DNA of 64,000 bases. Source: Azolla caroliniana (Eukaryota > Plantae > Polypodiophyta). Where the stretch lies: contig JBHGNT010000022.1 in NCBI GenBank assembly GCA_043228905.1, positions 2,666,001 to 2,730,000 on the forward strand. Direction: 5' to 3'. The notes under the pieces are model-generated. The model made no database searches. It had not been told where the DNA came from and saw only the letters and a program-made list of their open reading frames with translations. Positions 36,601-48,507 of this stretch are shown here, piece by piece. Within the stretch, counting starts at the first letter, position 1, and every line of letters begins with the position of its first letter. Both the position numbers and the translations under genes were made by a program.

Positions 36601-37473
36601 TCGGGATGCATTGGTGGGATATCGAGAAGGATGCATTTGGATGACTAATCGTACCTGATTAAGGAATCCCCTGAATTGCGATCGCGTTCCATCAAATTTC
36701 ACAGGAAGTCCAATCTTCGGCTCTTTATGAAATCCTTGGGGACTTGATCCTTGATGTTGCAATGCCGCTTCGAGTTGTTGCACCCGTAATGCTAACTCCC
36801 CATGTTGTTGCTGCGTTTGTTGTTTTTCTAGAGCGATTTGTTGCAGATCCCCTATCAGCTGTTGGTTTTCTTGTTCCAAGGCAACAAATTTTTCTTTTAA
36901 GCACTGTAGCTCGGAAAAAACGGATTGATATTCTTGGGCGCTGACAGTAGCCATAGTATAGGGAAAAGGGTAGGAGGATGAGGGAGAACGACAAGTAGGT
37001 TGGAGGACCGGAAAATTGGTTCAAACTGTCAGGAATAGTACTAAAGCAGAGATGGAATTAGTATTAAAGAAGAGCAGTACTATTAGTACTAAGAGGATAG
37101 GACTGCGTAAGACTCCCGAGAGAGAGAGAAAGAGAGAAGCGAAAAGAGAGATAGCGAGAATGAGAGAGAGAGAAGGATGATGACAACAACTCTTATATTA
37201 TATGAAAGATAAGTACAAATCGGCTAAGAGGCTTAAGACTGGTGTTGAACCAATTTGGTTAAACATAATGCCTAGTGCCTTCTTTTATAGTGTTGTCAGG
37301 AGTAATCCTGAAACTTCTAGAATGTTCCAGAGAAATCTGGAATATACATTACTTTCTTATAATAAAACATAAATGAAAATAATATCCTCTGAATTACTAT
37401 AGATGGTGTGATGGTTAAGAGCTCGACCCATATACCACAAGGTTATGGGTTTGAGTGTTGCCATATCATGACA
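32834..37473 (-). mobile_element. Tcn1-like chromovirus, 3'-truncated: 5' LTR 37027-37473, gag 36954-35797, PR-RT-RH
   Basis: gag (KFDGTRSQFRGFLNQV, CVYCGGPGHIAINC), PR (LLDSGA), RT (YLDD), RH (ADASNFALG). Clearly homologous to the chromodomain-bearing copy at 53185-56585. Confidence 0.9.
33485..34490 (-). mobile_element. Solo LTR (1006 bp), TSD ACGT, inserted in Tcn1 RT, four tRNA-like cassettes
   Basis: acgt|TGTCGGGG…CTTCACGACA|acgt. Removing it restores FLGYV-ISSKG. Shares the core gccatttggcgc…tgca with the 26540 LTR. Confidence 0.88.
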
Positions 37474-39200
37474 ACATTATTAAGTAAGTTGCTCATTAGA
37501 GGATTTACGCCGGGGAAAGAGATATGGAAAGTACTATTGCTTGAACATTGTTCAGATTGCTCTCCTCGATTAGGTGCCCCTTGGTCTAAGGATGTAAATT
37601 GGATATTTAGGGAAAATTTCAGAGTACCTACAGCTCACAAATAGGAAGACAAGTTTATTAGAACATTATTTTCAGCATGGAAACAAGTATTACTTGGTTT
37701 GCTTCGCAATAAACCTAAACCCAAACATTATCTTGAGTATCTCAGAGAAAGGATAGTCTGGAATCCGTGGTTTACAACATCGGATGGTTTAGTGTTGGGT
37801 TCTAGACACTGGTTATCGTGGGGAAAAATGGCAGAAGGTCGTGCAAAAATAATTCATACATGGCAACATTTTTTATCACGTTCATGGGAAGAAAAAAAAG
37901 AAATCCTAGGGAGTATGCATGGTGGCCGAATAATGTATCAACAAATTCAAGATGCTATGAGTAGATTCCCCATTCCACCCAATAACTCTAACCACACATG
38001 GGGTTGGAGTTTATTCAAGATTGGAAGTACTCTTGGTTGTTAAGGGATATTCAGATGATAAGACCTACCGATCTTTTGAGGTGGATGAAGCATATCAATT
38101 GACACAGTCCGGGGAAATGAGGATAGATTACCCTTATGCAATGGAACACAAGATAAGAGTCATCGGATATGTTGACCGGAAATGGTACATTGATCCAATG
38201 ATTGAGGAAATAAAGACACATTGGAAGTTGTGGGTGTTGGCTAAAAAACCAGTATTCAGATTAGAGTGGGATCCAATTGATTATCAATGGACAGATCCTT
38301 TTACGGGAAACAAGTTTAATTTCTTCCAATATTCTGTACAGTTAGGAAGACATGTGCTTTCAGATACACGAGATGTGATACCGGCTGCATTTCAATATTG
38401 GAATCAACAAGGTATTACTCCCTGAATCCTTGCAAATTTCCGGGTTGTATTATGGGCAAGAAAACAACTGCATCAAATATTGCATGTACTGTGGTTACTT
38501 GTACACCGAGCCTTGCCGGTTGGCACATGGCTGCATAGGATGGGAGTAGATTCTACCTGTGCACGATGCCATTTACAAATGGAAACTAAAAAACATTGCT
38601 TATGGGAATGTACTGAGTCTCAACTGATATGGCAACGCCTCAGAATTTTTGCTAACTATTTCCCCCCATTGGTTTTCACTTGGGGCATGGTGGTTTGGAC
38701 ATCTATTGTTCGTGATGCATTTCATTATGACACTGAATCTATGGATACCATGGATTTTACACAAAATCTGGAAGTGTTCATACAATACCATTGTTGTCAT
38801 TACAGTTTATAGGAACACGAAAGGAAGTCCAACCAATATGGGAGATATTGAGTAGTACCACTATATATCATATTTGGAAGGTTAGGTGCTCTCTTATTTT
38901 CCATCAACTGAAAACACCACCGGCCGAATTGGTTTCAAGTATTTGGTTAGACATAATTCATACTTTGAAGGGACAATGGGATGGTATTGTTGGAGATTCT
39001 GATGCTAAAATTGCTCAACAGCATGAGTTTATCACTATATGGAAAGCTACTCCATTCATGACAGCCAAATGTGGTACTCCTTATTAGCATTTTCAACCTC
39101 CGAAATGGTTGTTTCCCCCCCCAATCACATAGAATTTAAATCTTGTAAAATGGTTACACTAATGACAAGATATCTTTAATAAATAAAAATAAAAATAAAT
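37474..39200 (+). pseudogene. L1 LINE ORF2 3' part (post-RT region, zf-RVT) with A-rich tail
   Basis: LWLLVHRALPVG…CARC…ETKKHCLWEC and YHIWKVRC. A-rich tail at ~39177-39200. Confidence 0.8.
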
Positions 39201-39214
39201 GAATATATATATAT

Positions 39215-39975
39215 GTAATGTATGCATGCATGAATAAACATGAATGAATGGATATATGAATGTACATATGTGCATATATGTAATATGTAATGTATGTATA
39301 TTTGTATGTGTATGCATATATGTGTGTGGATGTTTGTTTGTAATATGTGTGTATGTGTATGTAAAATTAATGTACATATATATGAGGGGTATGAATGTTT
39401 AAGTTAAACTATAAAAGTGATAAGTTATAAAAGTGAAAACATTCTAAAGAAAAAATAAAAGTAATGTGGGAGAGGGGTTTGAATGAGAATAGGAAAAAAT
39501 GGGTAAGGGGTAGGGCCAGAAATAGGAGAAAGTAGGGGAGGGGTAGGGCTGAAAATAGGAGAAAGTTGGGGAGGGGCAGGGCTTAGAATATAAAGATTTT
39601 TACAAGGGGTGAGTACATAAGCCGGTGACAAATATGACACCGTGCTATGCGATAGACTATAGGGTTGGAGATACAAGATGAATAAAAATGAAATACAAAA
39701 TCCCGGCTGCCATGTGTAGTCCCGGACACATGAACTACAAGAGAGATAAAGAGATATGAAAGGGAATGCATCGCTACTAAATGTAGTCTCATGCTTACAA
39801 ACAATATATATTATACATACACATACATACATATTACAAACAAACATCCACACACACATATATGTATTATGCATACACATACACATACAAATATACATAC
39901 ATTACATATTACATTAACATATATACACATATGTACATTCATATATTCATTCATTCATGTTTATTCATGCAAGCA
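39215..39975. repeat. Inverted repeat (arms ~39215-39380 and ~39805-39975) around a ~420-bp spacer
   Basis: gcatgaataaacatgaatgaatggatatatgaatgtacatatgtg is mirrored by cacatatgtacattcatatattcattcattcatgtttattcatgc. Confidence 0.75.
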
Positions 39976-40366
39976 TACATTATGTGCACATACATACATA
40001 CATACATACATACATACATACATACATACATACATTCATACTAAACATAATATTCAAACATTCATGTTTTTTTAAATTTAGATTTTTGCTGCCTCCTTTG
40101 CTCTACCTCCTCGTCTCTCCTCGTTGTTGTTGTCGCCTCTTCTCCCCTTGTTGCTTCTGTCTTGGTTTTGCCGCCTCTGTGCTCGTTTTGTTGCAGCCGC
40201 CACTCGCCTTGTCGTGTCTCTTTTGCTCACCATTATTCTCTATCGGGGCTGCCACAACTACTCTACAAATATTTTACAGGTACACATAAGTACAAACATC
40301 ATACATAAACCAACACATAAATTCTTAGACTTACACACACTCACGTACATACATACATACATACAT

Positions 40367-40417
<51 letters not shown>

Positions 40418-40899
40418 GTATACAATCATACACACACTTACGTACATACATACATACATAAACACACACACACATAACATATACAATCATACACACATGC
40501 CATACATACAATATATACAATAAACAAAATTAATACAATACAATACAATATGTACATACATACACACATACCTATACACTGACATACATACACATTTACA
40601 CATAACACATACATACAATACAATACAGTAACCATTCGGTTAAGTATGCACTTTGAACGCAAGGAAGAAGTGCGTACTTAGGGCTTTTTACACACAAAAT
40701 ATTTTTCCCCAAATTTTGTTTTGTCTGCACATTTTAGAGAGCGTGGCCCCAATAGCCACCGATCAAACCCTGTTTGCTTCTTAATGGATCACGTGCAAGT
40801 GCATAGAATACTATTCCTTCACCTTATCTCTTCTCAACACACTATTTGTGCTCCTATCGTCTTCTCCGGGTACGTAGATTTTTTGTGCATTTCTAGGTT

Positions 40900-41594
40900 T
40901 TCTAAGACCGAGGGTTTAGGGAACTAAAAAATTATTGGCTGTGGAAAAGTATGTGATGCATGTGTCTTGTTTTTATTGCTTAATCAGATTTCATACAATG
41001 ATTAAGTTCATAAATTGTGGGTTCCTTAGATCAAGGGTTTAGGGATTTCAAAAATTATTGACTATGGAAGAGTAAACGATGTATTTATCTTGTTTTAATT
41101 GTTGAATTGGAGTTCATATGGTGATTAGGTTCATAAATTATAGGTTTCTTAGATCGAGGTTTAGGGAAATGAAAAACAATTGATTGTAGAAGAGTTTGTG
41201 ATGTATTTGTTTGGTTTTTATGGCCGAATTAGAGTCCATATATCAATTAGGTTTACAAATTATGGGTGTCTTAGTCCGTGGGTTTAGGGAATTCAAAAAT
41301 TATTGACTGTGGAAGAGTATATGGTGTATTGTTCTTGTTTTTATGGCTGAATTAGAGTTCATATATCGATTAGGTTCCTAAATTATAGGTTTCTTAATCT
41401 GAGGGTTAAGGGAATTTGAAAATTATTGACTGTGAAAGAGTATGTGATGTATTTGTCTTGTTTTTATGGCTGTAGACTCCATATGTCGATTAGGTTCACA
41501 AATTATGGGTTTCTTAGTGTGAGGGTTAAGGTAATCCGAAAATTATTGACTATGGAAGAGTATGTGATGTATTTGTCTTGCTTTTATTGCTGAA
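40900..41594. repeat. ~123-bp tandem satellite (~5.6 copies) with a telomere-like GGGTTTAGGG motif
   Basis: Motif recurs at ~40912, 41035, 41158, 41281, 41403 and 41523. Confidence 0.85.
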
Positions 41595-43492
41595 TGTAAA
41601 GAATCAATGGTGATTCTTGTGTAGCAGAATAGATGTGTGTTATGTGCGTATATGTGTGAGAGAAGAAGAGTGGAGATAAAAGAGAACTCAAGATAGATAA
41701 ATGATAGGAAAGTAAAATACTCAAGAAGAAGGTGTATATTTCACAAGTAGAATGAGATTTACAAAATGTAGCATAACAAGGAGTCACAACCGACTTAGTA
41801 TGAAGTATGAGGATGGTGATTTATATAGAGTCACCCTCTCTCTTCATTAACTTTACAACAACCACTCTCTCTCTTGGGGAATGTGAAGACTCATAGTCAT
41901 GGGGAATATGTAACTCATTAGTTATGTGTCATAGAATATGATTCTATGACACATAGTTAATGTGTAAAGAGTAGTGGTGTGACTCTTGACTTTTGAGTAA
42001 TCATGGATTCTCAAAAGGTGTGTTCACACGTTGTGCTATGTTGAGCTTGATTCTCAACATGCCCCCTCAAGCTCAACTCAGGTTGGTATCTGGTTCGGAC
42101 GATATCCGGTGTCCGCTCAGTATGCGGTTCTCGCTTGTACTCCCCCTCAAGCTTGGCAAGTCAGGGATCATCAATCCAAGGTCTGACATGAATTGCCGAA
42201 GCTTGTGGGCTCCTTGGGCCTTCGTGAAGATCTTGGCCGTTTGAAGATTTGTATTGATGTGTTGAAGGTCGACATCTCCGGCTTGAACACACTCCCAAAT
42301 GAAGTGATAGTGCACTTCGATATGCTTCGTGCATGCATGGAACACCGGGTTCCGAGCCAGAGAAATACTGTTGATGTTGTCGTAGTAAAGGGGAGTCGGA
42401 TCCTTGATGGGAACGCCCAGATCCTTAAAAATCCTCTTGACCAATACGGCTTCACACGCACCTACGGCTGCGCCCCTGTATTCCGCCTCCATACTTGAAA
42501 GAGAGATGGTAGGCTGCTTCTTGCTACTCCATGAATTGCTCCACTGCCAAGGGAGAAGACAAATCCGAAGGTCAATCGTCGATCGGCTTTGTAGCCAGCC
42601 CAATCCGTGTCTGTGTACCCTTCGAGTCGTATTGGTGTGGACGATGCGTAGAGAACGTCGTAATCCATTGTGCTGCTCACGTATCGTATTACTCACTTAG
42701 CGCAATCCAAGTGAGTGTTGCGTGGTTTTTGCGTGATTTGGCTAAGGAGTCCGACTGGATAGCTAAGGTCGGGTCGAGTGATCGTGAGGAAGATGAGGCT
42801 CCCGATCAGTTGACGATATTGAGTCGGATCACACTCGTTTGTGCCGGAGTCGGCATCTAGTTTGAGGATGGACGCTCGAGTTGAAGTTGGGTGGTTGCAT
42901 CATGTACACCTCCTTTTCTAATTCGCCTTGTAGAAAGGCATTCTTTACGTCCATTTGATGAAGGTGCCACCCTTTCGCCGCGGCAAGCGCAATTACGGTC
43001 CATACCGTCGTCATCTTTGCCATCGGGGCAAAGGTCTCTTCGTAGTCAACTACGTGCGTTTGTGCGTAGCCTTTCGCTACGAGTCGCGCTTTGTAGCGGT
43101 TGACAAAACCATCGGCGTTGTACTTCACTTTGTAAATCCATCTGCATCCGGTGAGGTGGGAACGAGATCCCACGTCTTGTTCTTGCGTAGTGCCTGCATC
43201 TCCTCGTTCATGGCTTCGATCCATTGCGGATCCTTGGCTGCTTCGGAAAATGTTTCCGGCTCGCGTATTGTCGCCACCTTCATCATAAAGGCATAGTGAT
43301 ATGCCATGTAGTCATTGTGGCGGAATCGGCTGACCGGATTCTTTTCACGGGTGGAGTGTCGAATACAAGTGTATAATGGAATATAACGTTGCCCTAGGAC
43401 ATTCACTATATAAAGTGACTTTGTAACCTTTAGTGAAGGTTGGTTGTCATTTTGAAACTGTTGCGATTGGAATATAACGTTTTCCTTTGTGC

Positions 43493-43523
<31 letters not shown>

Positions 43524-44792
43524 CCTCTATGTCTATCTTGCTCGTGCATACACAGGTTCTCCTTCATCATGAATGTTGCTTGCACTTCCGCATTGACGGC
43601 CTTGTCGCCAACATTTGGTATCAGAGCGTTGGAGGTTCTTCAACCCGCTGCCGGTCGTCATCGTACAACACAACATTCTATTTTCGTTTTCTTTGAAGAA
43701 CAGAGAAGGGAGAAGAAAAACAAAAAGCTCGCATCTCACTGTGTTAAATCACAAATTGGAGTAAGCCAGTCGGTTGTACTCTGTTCCTGTGATTGTAACC
43801 GCTTGAGGGGAGCTCCTTGAGCAACACCCGACCCAATCATGCTTCATTCGGTTAAACAACATCCGAATAGGTCACCGGACGCTATTCACCCGCTTGCTGT
43901 AACCACCCGCTACAGATTGGTCTCTTGGCAACAACCACTTCGTGCTTCACTTGGTTGATCGATATTTGGGAGGATCAATTGGATCCGTCCCTCTCATCGC
44001 TGCAGTCATCTGAAGCAGAATTGGCCCAAACAATCGGTTTCGTGCAATCGGGAGCTAACCAGGGTCACTCCGACTCGATGACATTCAGGAAGACCAACCG
44101 GTTTTGTCCCTCAAGATTATCGTAGTCACTTTGAGCAATTTCAACAACAAGTATCCGAAACCAAACCGACTCGGGTTCAAAACAGACTAGAACGATATTG
44201 GGTGAGCTGACCGGTTGCACCCCACTAAGGCTCGTACTCAACTCCGAACCAAGTCTTCCCAACCGAAACCGAATATGATAGCATCAACATCTGGCTCATC
44301 GGAAATGAGTCTAAGGAGGTTCGACGGTTCGAACTTCAACTTCTGGAATGAACAAATGCAGGACTATCTCATAGTCAAGGGTCAGATAGACCCGATTGAG
44401 AATGAAAATCCTCTAGAAGCATACAAGGCAAACGAGTGGCTAAAGCTGGACAGAATCGTCCGTGCCACGATTTGGATGCACTTGTCGGAGTCAGTGTACT
44501 TCACAGTGCAATCATGCACGACAGCGTTTGAACTTTGGAAAACACTGTCAGAAACTTATGAAAAGAAGGTTGCCGCAACAAAGATGTATCTGATCCGATG
44601 CCTCTACAACTTGCGGATGAACTCAAAGCAATGATACTCATGAGCAGCCTTCCCTCATCATGGGAAACTTTCGTCACAACCGTGTGCAACGCGTTGTCGT
44701 AGTGTATTTTGTACACTACGTGAAAAACGTATATAGTATTAGATTCAATAAAAAATGAAGAAATAGAAGAAAATAGCAAAATAAATGGAACA

Positions 44793-44862
44793 TGCATAGG
44801 GCAAGATTCGAACCTTGCACCTCCATGTTAATAATGTAATGTCTTACCATTACACTAGTATT
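44793..44862 (-). ncRNA. tRNA-like cassette in LTR U3 (second copy at 47540-47609)
   Basis: tagtgtaatggtaag (A box/D arm) followed by gcaag-gttcgaat-cttgc (B box/T arm). Acceptor stem and anticodon are degenerate. Confidence 0.55.
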
Positions 44863-45459
44863 TCATTAGTGTTAAAGCATAGATGTCCCACATAGAAAGG
44901 TAAATTCACGCTAGGATAAACATTAGAAAAACGTATAACAAAAGAAAAAGCTACACATACACATCTAGCGTGCATGATAAAAAAACGCACAAGTTAGAAA
45001 AAAGCATGATCACTTTAGATAAAGCATATAGTCTATCTATAGGAAAAGCATGGGGTCTATAGTTAGAGAAAAAGCATAGATCACTAATACTTCCTCATCA
45101 CTACATAAGGATGGGAAGCACAATGTAATTGTGTGAAAAATATTTGGAAACTGGATATGTTTCTAAAAAACACCAATTAATAAACTATACTCGTGGGATT
45201 CACGAGAATTCTATATCATTCTCTTTCAACCGAAGTTTATATTCTTATATTCATATTGATTAATCTAATACAATACACTCATGGGATTCACGAGTTTGCT
45301 ATAACTCTTTCTTACAACATATTTATATTCTTATTAGCCTTAAAACTCTCCTCTTCCTAGTCCAAAACCCCAGCGGTTCCCACCCGACTCACGCAACGAT
45401 CCGGAGCCGAAAGGCACGACACAGTTGGTGAACCCGACGTGAAGACGGGTGGCAAGGAG

Positions 45460-47169
45460 ATGGAAAATCAACAAGAGGCTAGCAACATGATGATGATGTT
45501 CGAGCGGATGCTACAAGAACAACGAGTGATGTCGGAGATCACGGGGGCAGTAAAGCGGCTCATACAACGAAACGGACAATTCAACGGAAACGATGTGTCA
45601 CGCTATCTACGTGACTACAAGGCGGAGATGATACGATGTGGGATACCAGAAGGATTGCAAGTGACATCCTTCAATCGGGTGGCCACGGATGAGCTACAAG
45701 AGAGAATCTACAAGATACGGCAACAAAACTCGACATGGGGATCATTCGAAGAAGCTTTACGAGAGGCATATGATTACAAGAGATCGAAGGGAAAAGATCG
45801 GCGAGAATTCGACGAATGGGTGGCATCGGAGAAGACCCACCGAAGTGCAACACAAGCATTCCTAGAGTTCGAGCATCGTTTTGCTCGACTCTCGGAGCGG
45901 GAACGAAGATTGGTGGGAGAAGATAAAGTCTTAATGTTCGTAAGATCGATCGATCGGAAAGAAAGGATGGACATTGGGATCGAACTCGAAGATGATGACG
46001 GTGCGAACGGCCTTACCGAGGATTGGGCCAAAGTCGAAAGGGTATGCCGAAGACATGATGAAAGGAAGCTGAGAATCTCGTCAACAACGACATGGCCCAT
46101 GAAGGATGGTCGATTGAGGAAAAACGATGAAGCCAATATGAAGGCCGAAATACAACATGATGGTACCACGGGAGAAAGAGTGGAACAAGACACCCACTCG
46201 TCTTGTGAAAGAACGATGGCGAAGGATAAGGCCGATAATTCAAGTGTAGAAGGAAATTTCGGGATACAAGTGCCCGAGACATCGGGTCAAAAAGGGGTAA
46301 GCATAATAGATGTTTGCATAATTGATGCAGATAAAGAGTGTGAAGCGGATGTGATTAAGGAGGTAGCCACAAAAGACGAAATCGAATCGGAGGTGGCTAT
46401 GGACGAATCAATGGCGGATTGCCATATCGAGACTTCCCCACCACTGATTCCAGAGACTCCGGCGGTTGCGATCGAAAGGCAACGTGAGACCGAAGAGACG
46501 GAAGGTGGCGGAGAGAAAACGAATGTCGAAGCCGACGAATACGATGAAGAGATAGCCGAGAAGAATGCTAAGGGTGAAACTACGAAAGAAGGTAATACCG
46601 AGGATTCATGCCAACAATATCTAGAGACTTCGGCGGTTGTGTCCGAGAACCAACATGAGACCGGAGAGACGGGAGATGGCGGCGAGGAAGGTAAAGTCGG
46701 AAGTCGGTTCGGATGGAAAATGATCCATCCGAAATTCCAATCTAAAAGAAAGTGCGACAATGCGGAGGTCGGGTCTACGACGGGAGAAGCGCGTAATACA
46801 GAGCACGCTCTACGGCGAATAAAGAAACGCGTGTTATGGCGAATAAAGAAGCACGCGCTACGGCGAGAAAAGAAGCATGCATTACAACCACACGAGGACC
46901 GAACAACGAGCACATATCGGAGGACCTACGTGGCGAACAACGGAAAGAAGTGCCGAAAGTCGAACCGGACAAGGCAGGTGAAAACGAAGAAAAGAAAGCA
47001 AATCCGGACGAAAAGAAAAGAAAAGAAACCGACCCGAAAGAGCACTGAATCGGTAAAAACCGATCAACCGAGTCCGGATCGACCGAATACAAATAGGAAA
47101 GGAAGCCGAACTAATCGAAAGACGATCCGACGAGACCGAATCGGAAGTAACCTAATCCGACTAAACTGA
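45460..47169 (+). CDS. Gag-like protein with acidic middle and basic C-terminal extension (~569 aa), no pol
   Basis: FNGNDVSRYLRDYKAEM…WGSFEEALREAY resembles gypsy capsid. The ORF is intact and has no PR, RT or INT motifs. Confidence 0.7.
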   Translation: MENQQEASNMMMMFERMLQEQRVMSEITGAVKRLIQRNGQFNGNDVSRYLRDYKAEMIRCGIPEGLQVTSFNRVATDELQERIYKIRQQNSTWGSFEEALREAYDYKRSKGKDRREFDEWVASEKTHRSATQAFLEFEHRFARLSERERRLVGEDKVLMFVRSIDRKERMDIGIELEDDDGANGLTEDWAKVERVCRRHDERKLRISSTTTWPMKDGRLRKNDEANMKAEIQHDGTTGERVEQDTHSSCERTMAKDKADNSSVEGNFGIQVPETSGQKGVSIIDVCIIDADKECEADVIKEVATKDEIESEVAMDESMADCHIETSPPLIPETPAVAIERQRETEETEGGGEKTNVEADEYDEEIAEKNAKGETTKEGNTEDSCQQYLETSAVVSENQHETGETGDGGEEGKVGSRFGWKMIHPKFQSKRKCDNAEVGSTTGEARNTEHALRRIKKRVLWRIKKHALRREKKHALQPHEDRTTSTYRRTYVANNGKKCRKSNRTRQVKTKKRKQIRTKRKEKKPTRKSTESVKTDQPSPDRPNTNRKGSRTNRKTIRRDRIGSNLIRLN

Positions 47170-48507
47170 AAATCCGAAAAGAAGTCGAGATTGATGAAGA
47201 AAAGAAAGAGGGCAAGAAAAGATACTACCGCGGATGACAAGGACCAAGCGGGCCATGCAAAAAGCGAACATAGAATATGGTGGATCGGATGGCGACAATG
47301 GTTCGGGTGGAAAGAATGGGTCTACTCAAAATGGAGAGACAAAGTTGACATAGCGGGACAAACGGAGGATGAAGGAGGAGACTAACAAACACCAACAACT
47401 TCGGCACATACCGGAGGATGTGAGGGTTTGGAGGGGGTGAGTGTCGTAGTGTATTTTGTACACTACGTGAAAAACGTATATAGTATTAGATTCAATAAAA
47501 AATGAAGAAATAGAAGAAAATAGCAAAATAAATGGAACATGCATAGGGCAAGATTCGAACCTTGCACCTCCATGTTAATAATGTAATGTCTTACCATTAC
47601 ACTAGTATTTCATTAGTGTTAAAGCATAGATGTCCCACATAGAAAGGTAAATTCACGCTAGGATAAACATTAGAAAAACGCATAACAAAAGAAAAAGCTA
47701 CACATACACATCTAGCGTGCATGATAAAAAAACGCACAAGTTAGAAAAAAGCATGATCACTTTAGATAAAGCATATAGTCTATCTATAGGAAAAGCATGG
47801 GGTCTATAGTTAGAGAAAAAGCATAGATCACTAATACTTCCTCATCACTACATAAGGATGGGAAGCACAATGTAATTGTGTGAAAAATATTTGGAAATTG
47901 GATATGTTTCTAAAAAACACCAATTAATAAACTATACTCGTGGGATTCACGAGAATTCTATATCATTCTCTTTCAACCGAAGTTTATATTCTTATATTCA
48001 TATTGATTAATCTAATACAATACACTCATGGGATTCACGAGTTTTCTATAACTCTTTCTTACAACATATTTATATTCTTATTAGCCTTAAAACTCTCCTC
48101 TTCCTAGTCCAAAACCCCAGCGGTTCCCACCCGACTCACGCAACGATCCGGAGCCGAAAGGCACGACAGCGTCAACCACGGCTGTTAAATACTCCGAAGT
48201 CACGAGCGCAATCCTGACCGAAGCAGCTCGGAGAAAGTCTTTCGCCAAAGACTCAACAGACGACGCTTACGTAGTACAAGGTTCGACAGACCGATCGAAC
48301 ATACGAGGAAGAGATTCCTCACGGCAGCCGAACAATCAGTGAAGACGGAGCCAGTCACGGGATAATCGAATCTGCAACTATTGCAAGAAACCCGGACACA
48401 TCAAAGCCGACTGCCGCGCACTCAAGAACAAGAACGACAAGTCTCAGAAATCAGACAAGAAGAGTGGCCGGCATGAGGAGATCAATTACGTCAGCTTCTC
48501 AGCTGAT

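Larger units (their letters stand above)
44695..48168 (+). mobile_element. Young gag-only LTR retrotransposon: 727-bp LTRs (44695-45421, 47442-48168), 4-bp TSD GCGT, tRNA-Trp PBS, PPT
   Basis: Near-identical LTRs (3 differences seen by eye). gcgt|TGTCGT…ACGACA|gcgt. PBS tggtgaacccgacgtgaa at 45426-45443. PPT at 47422-47441. Confidence 0.95.
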
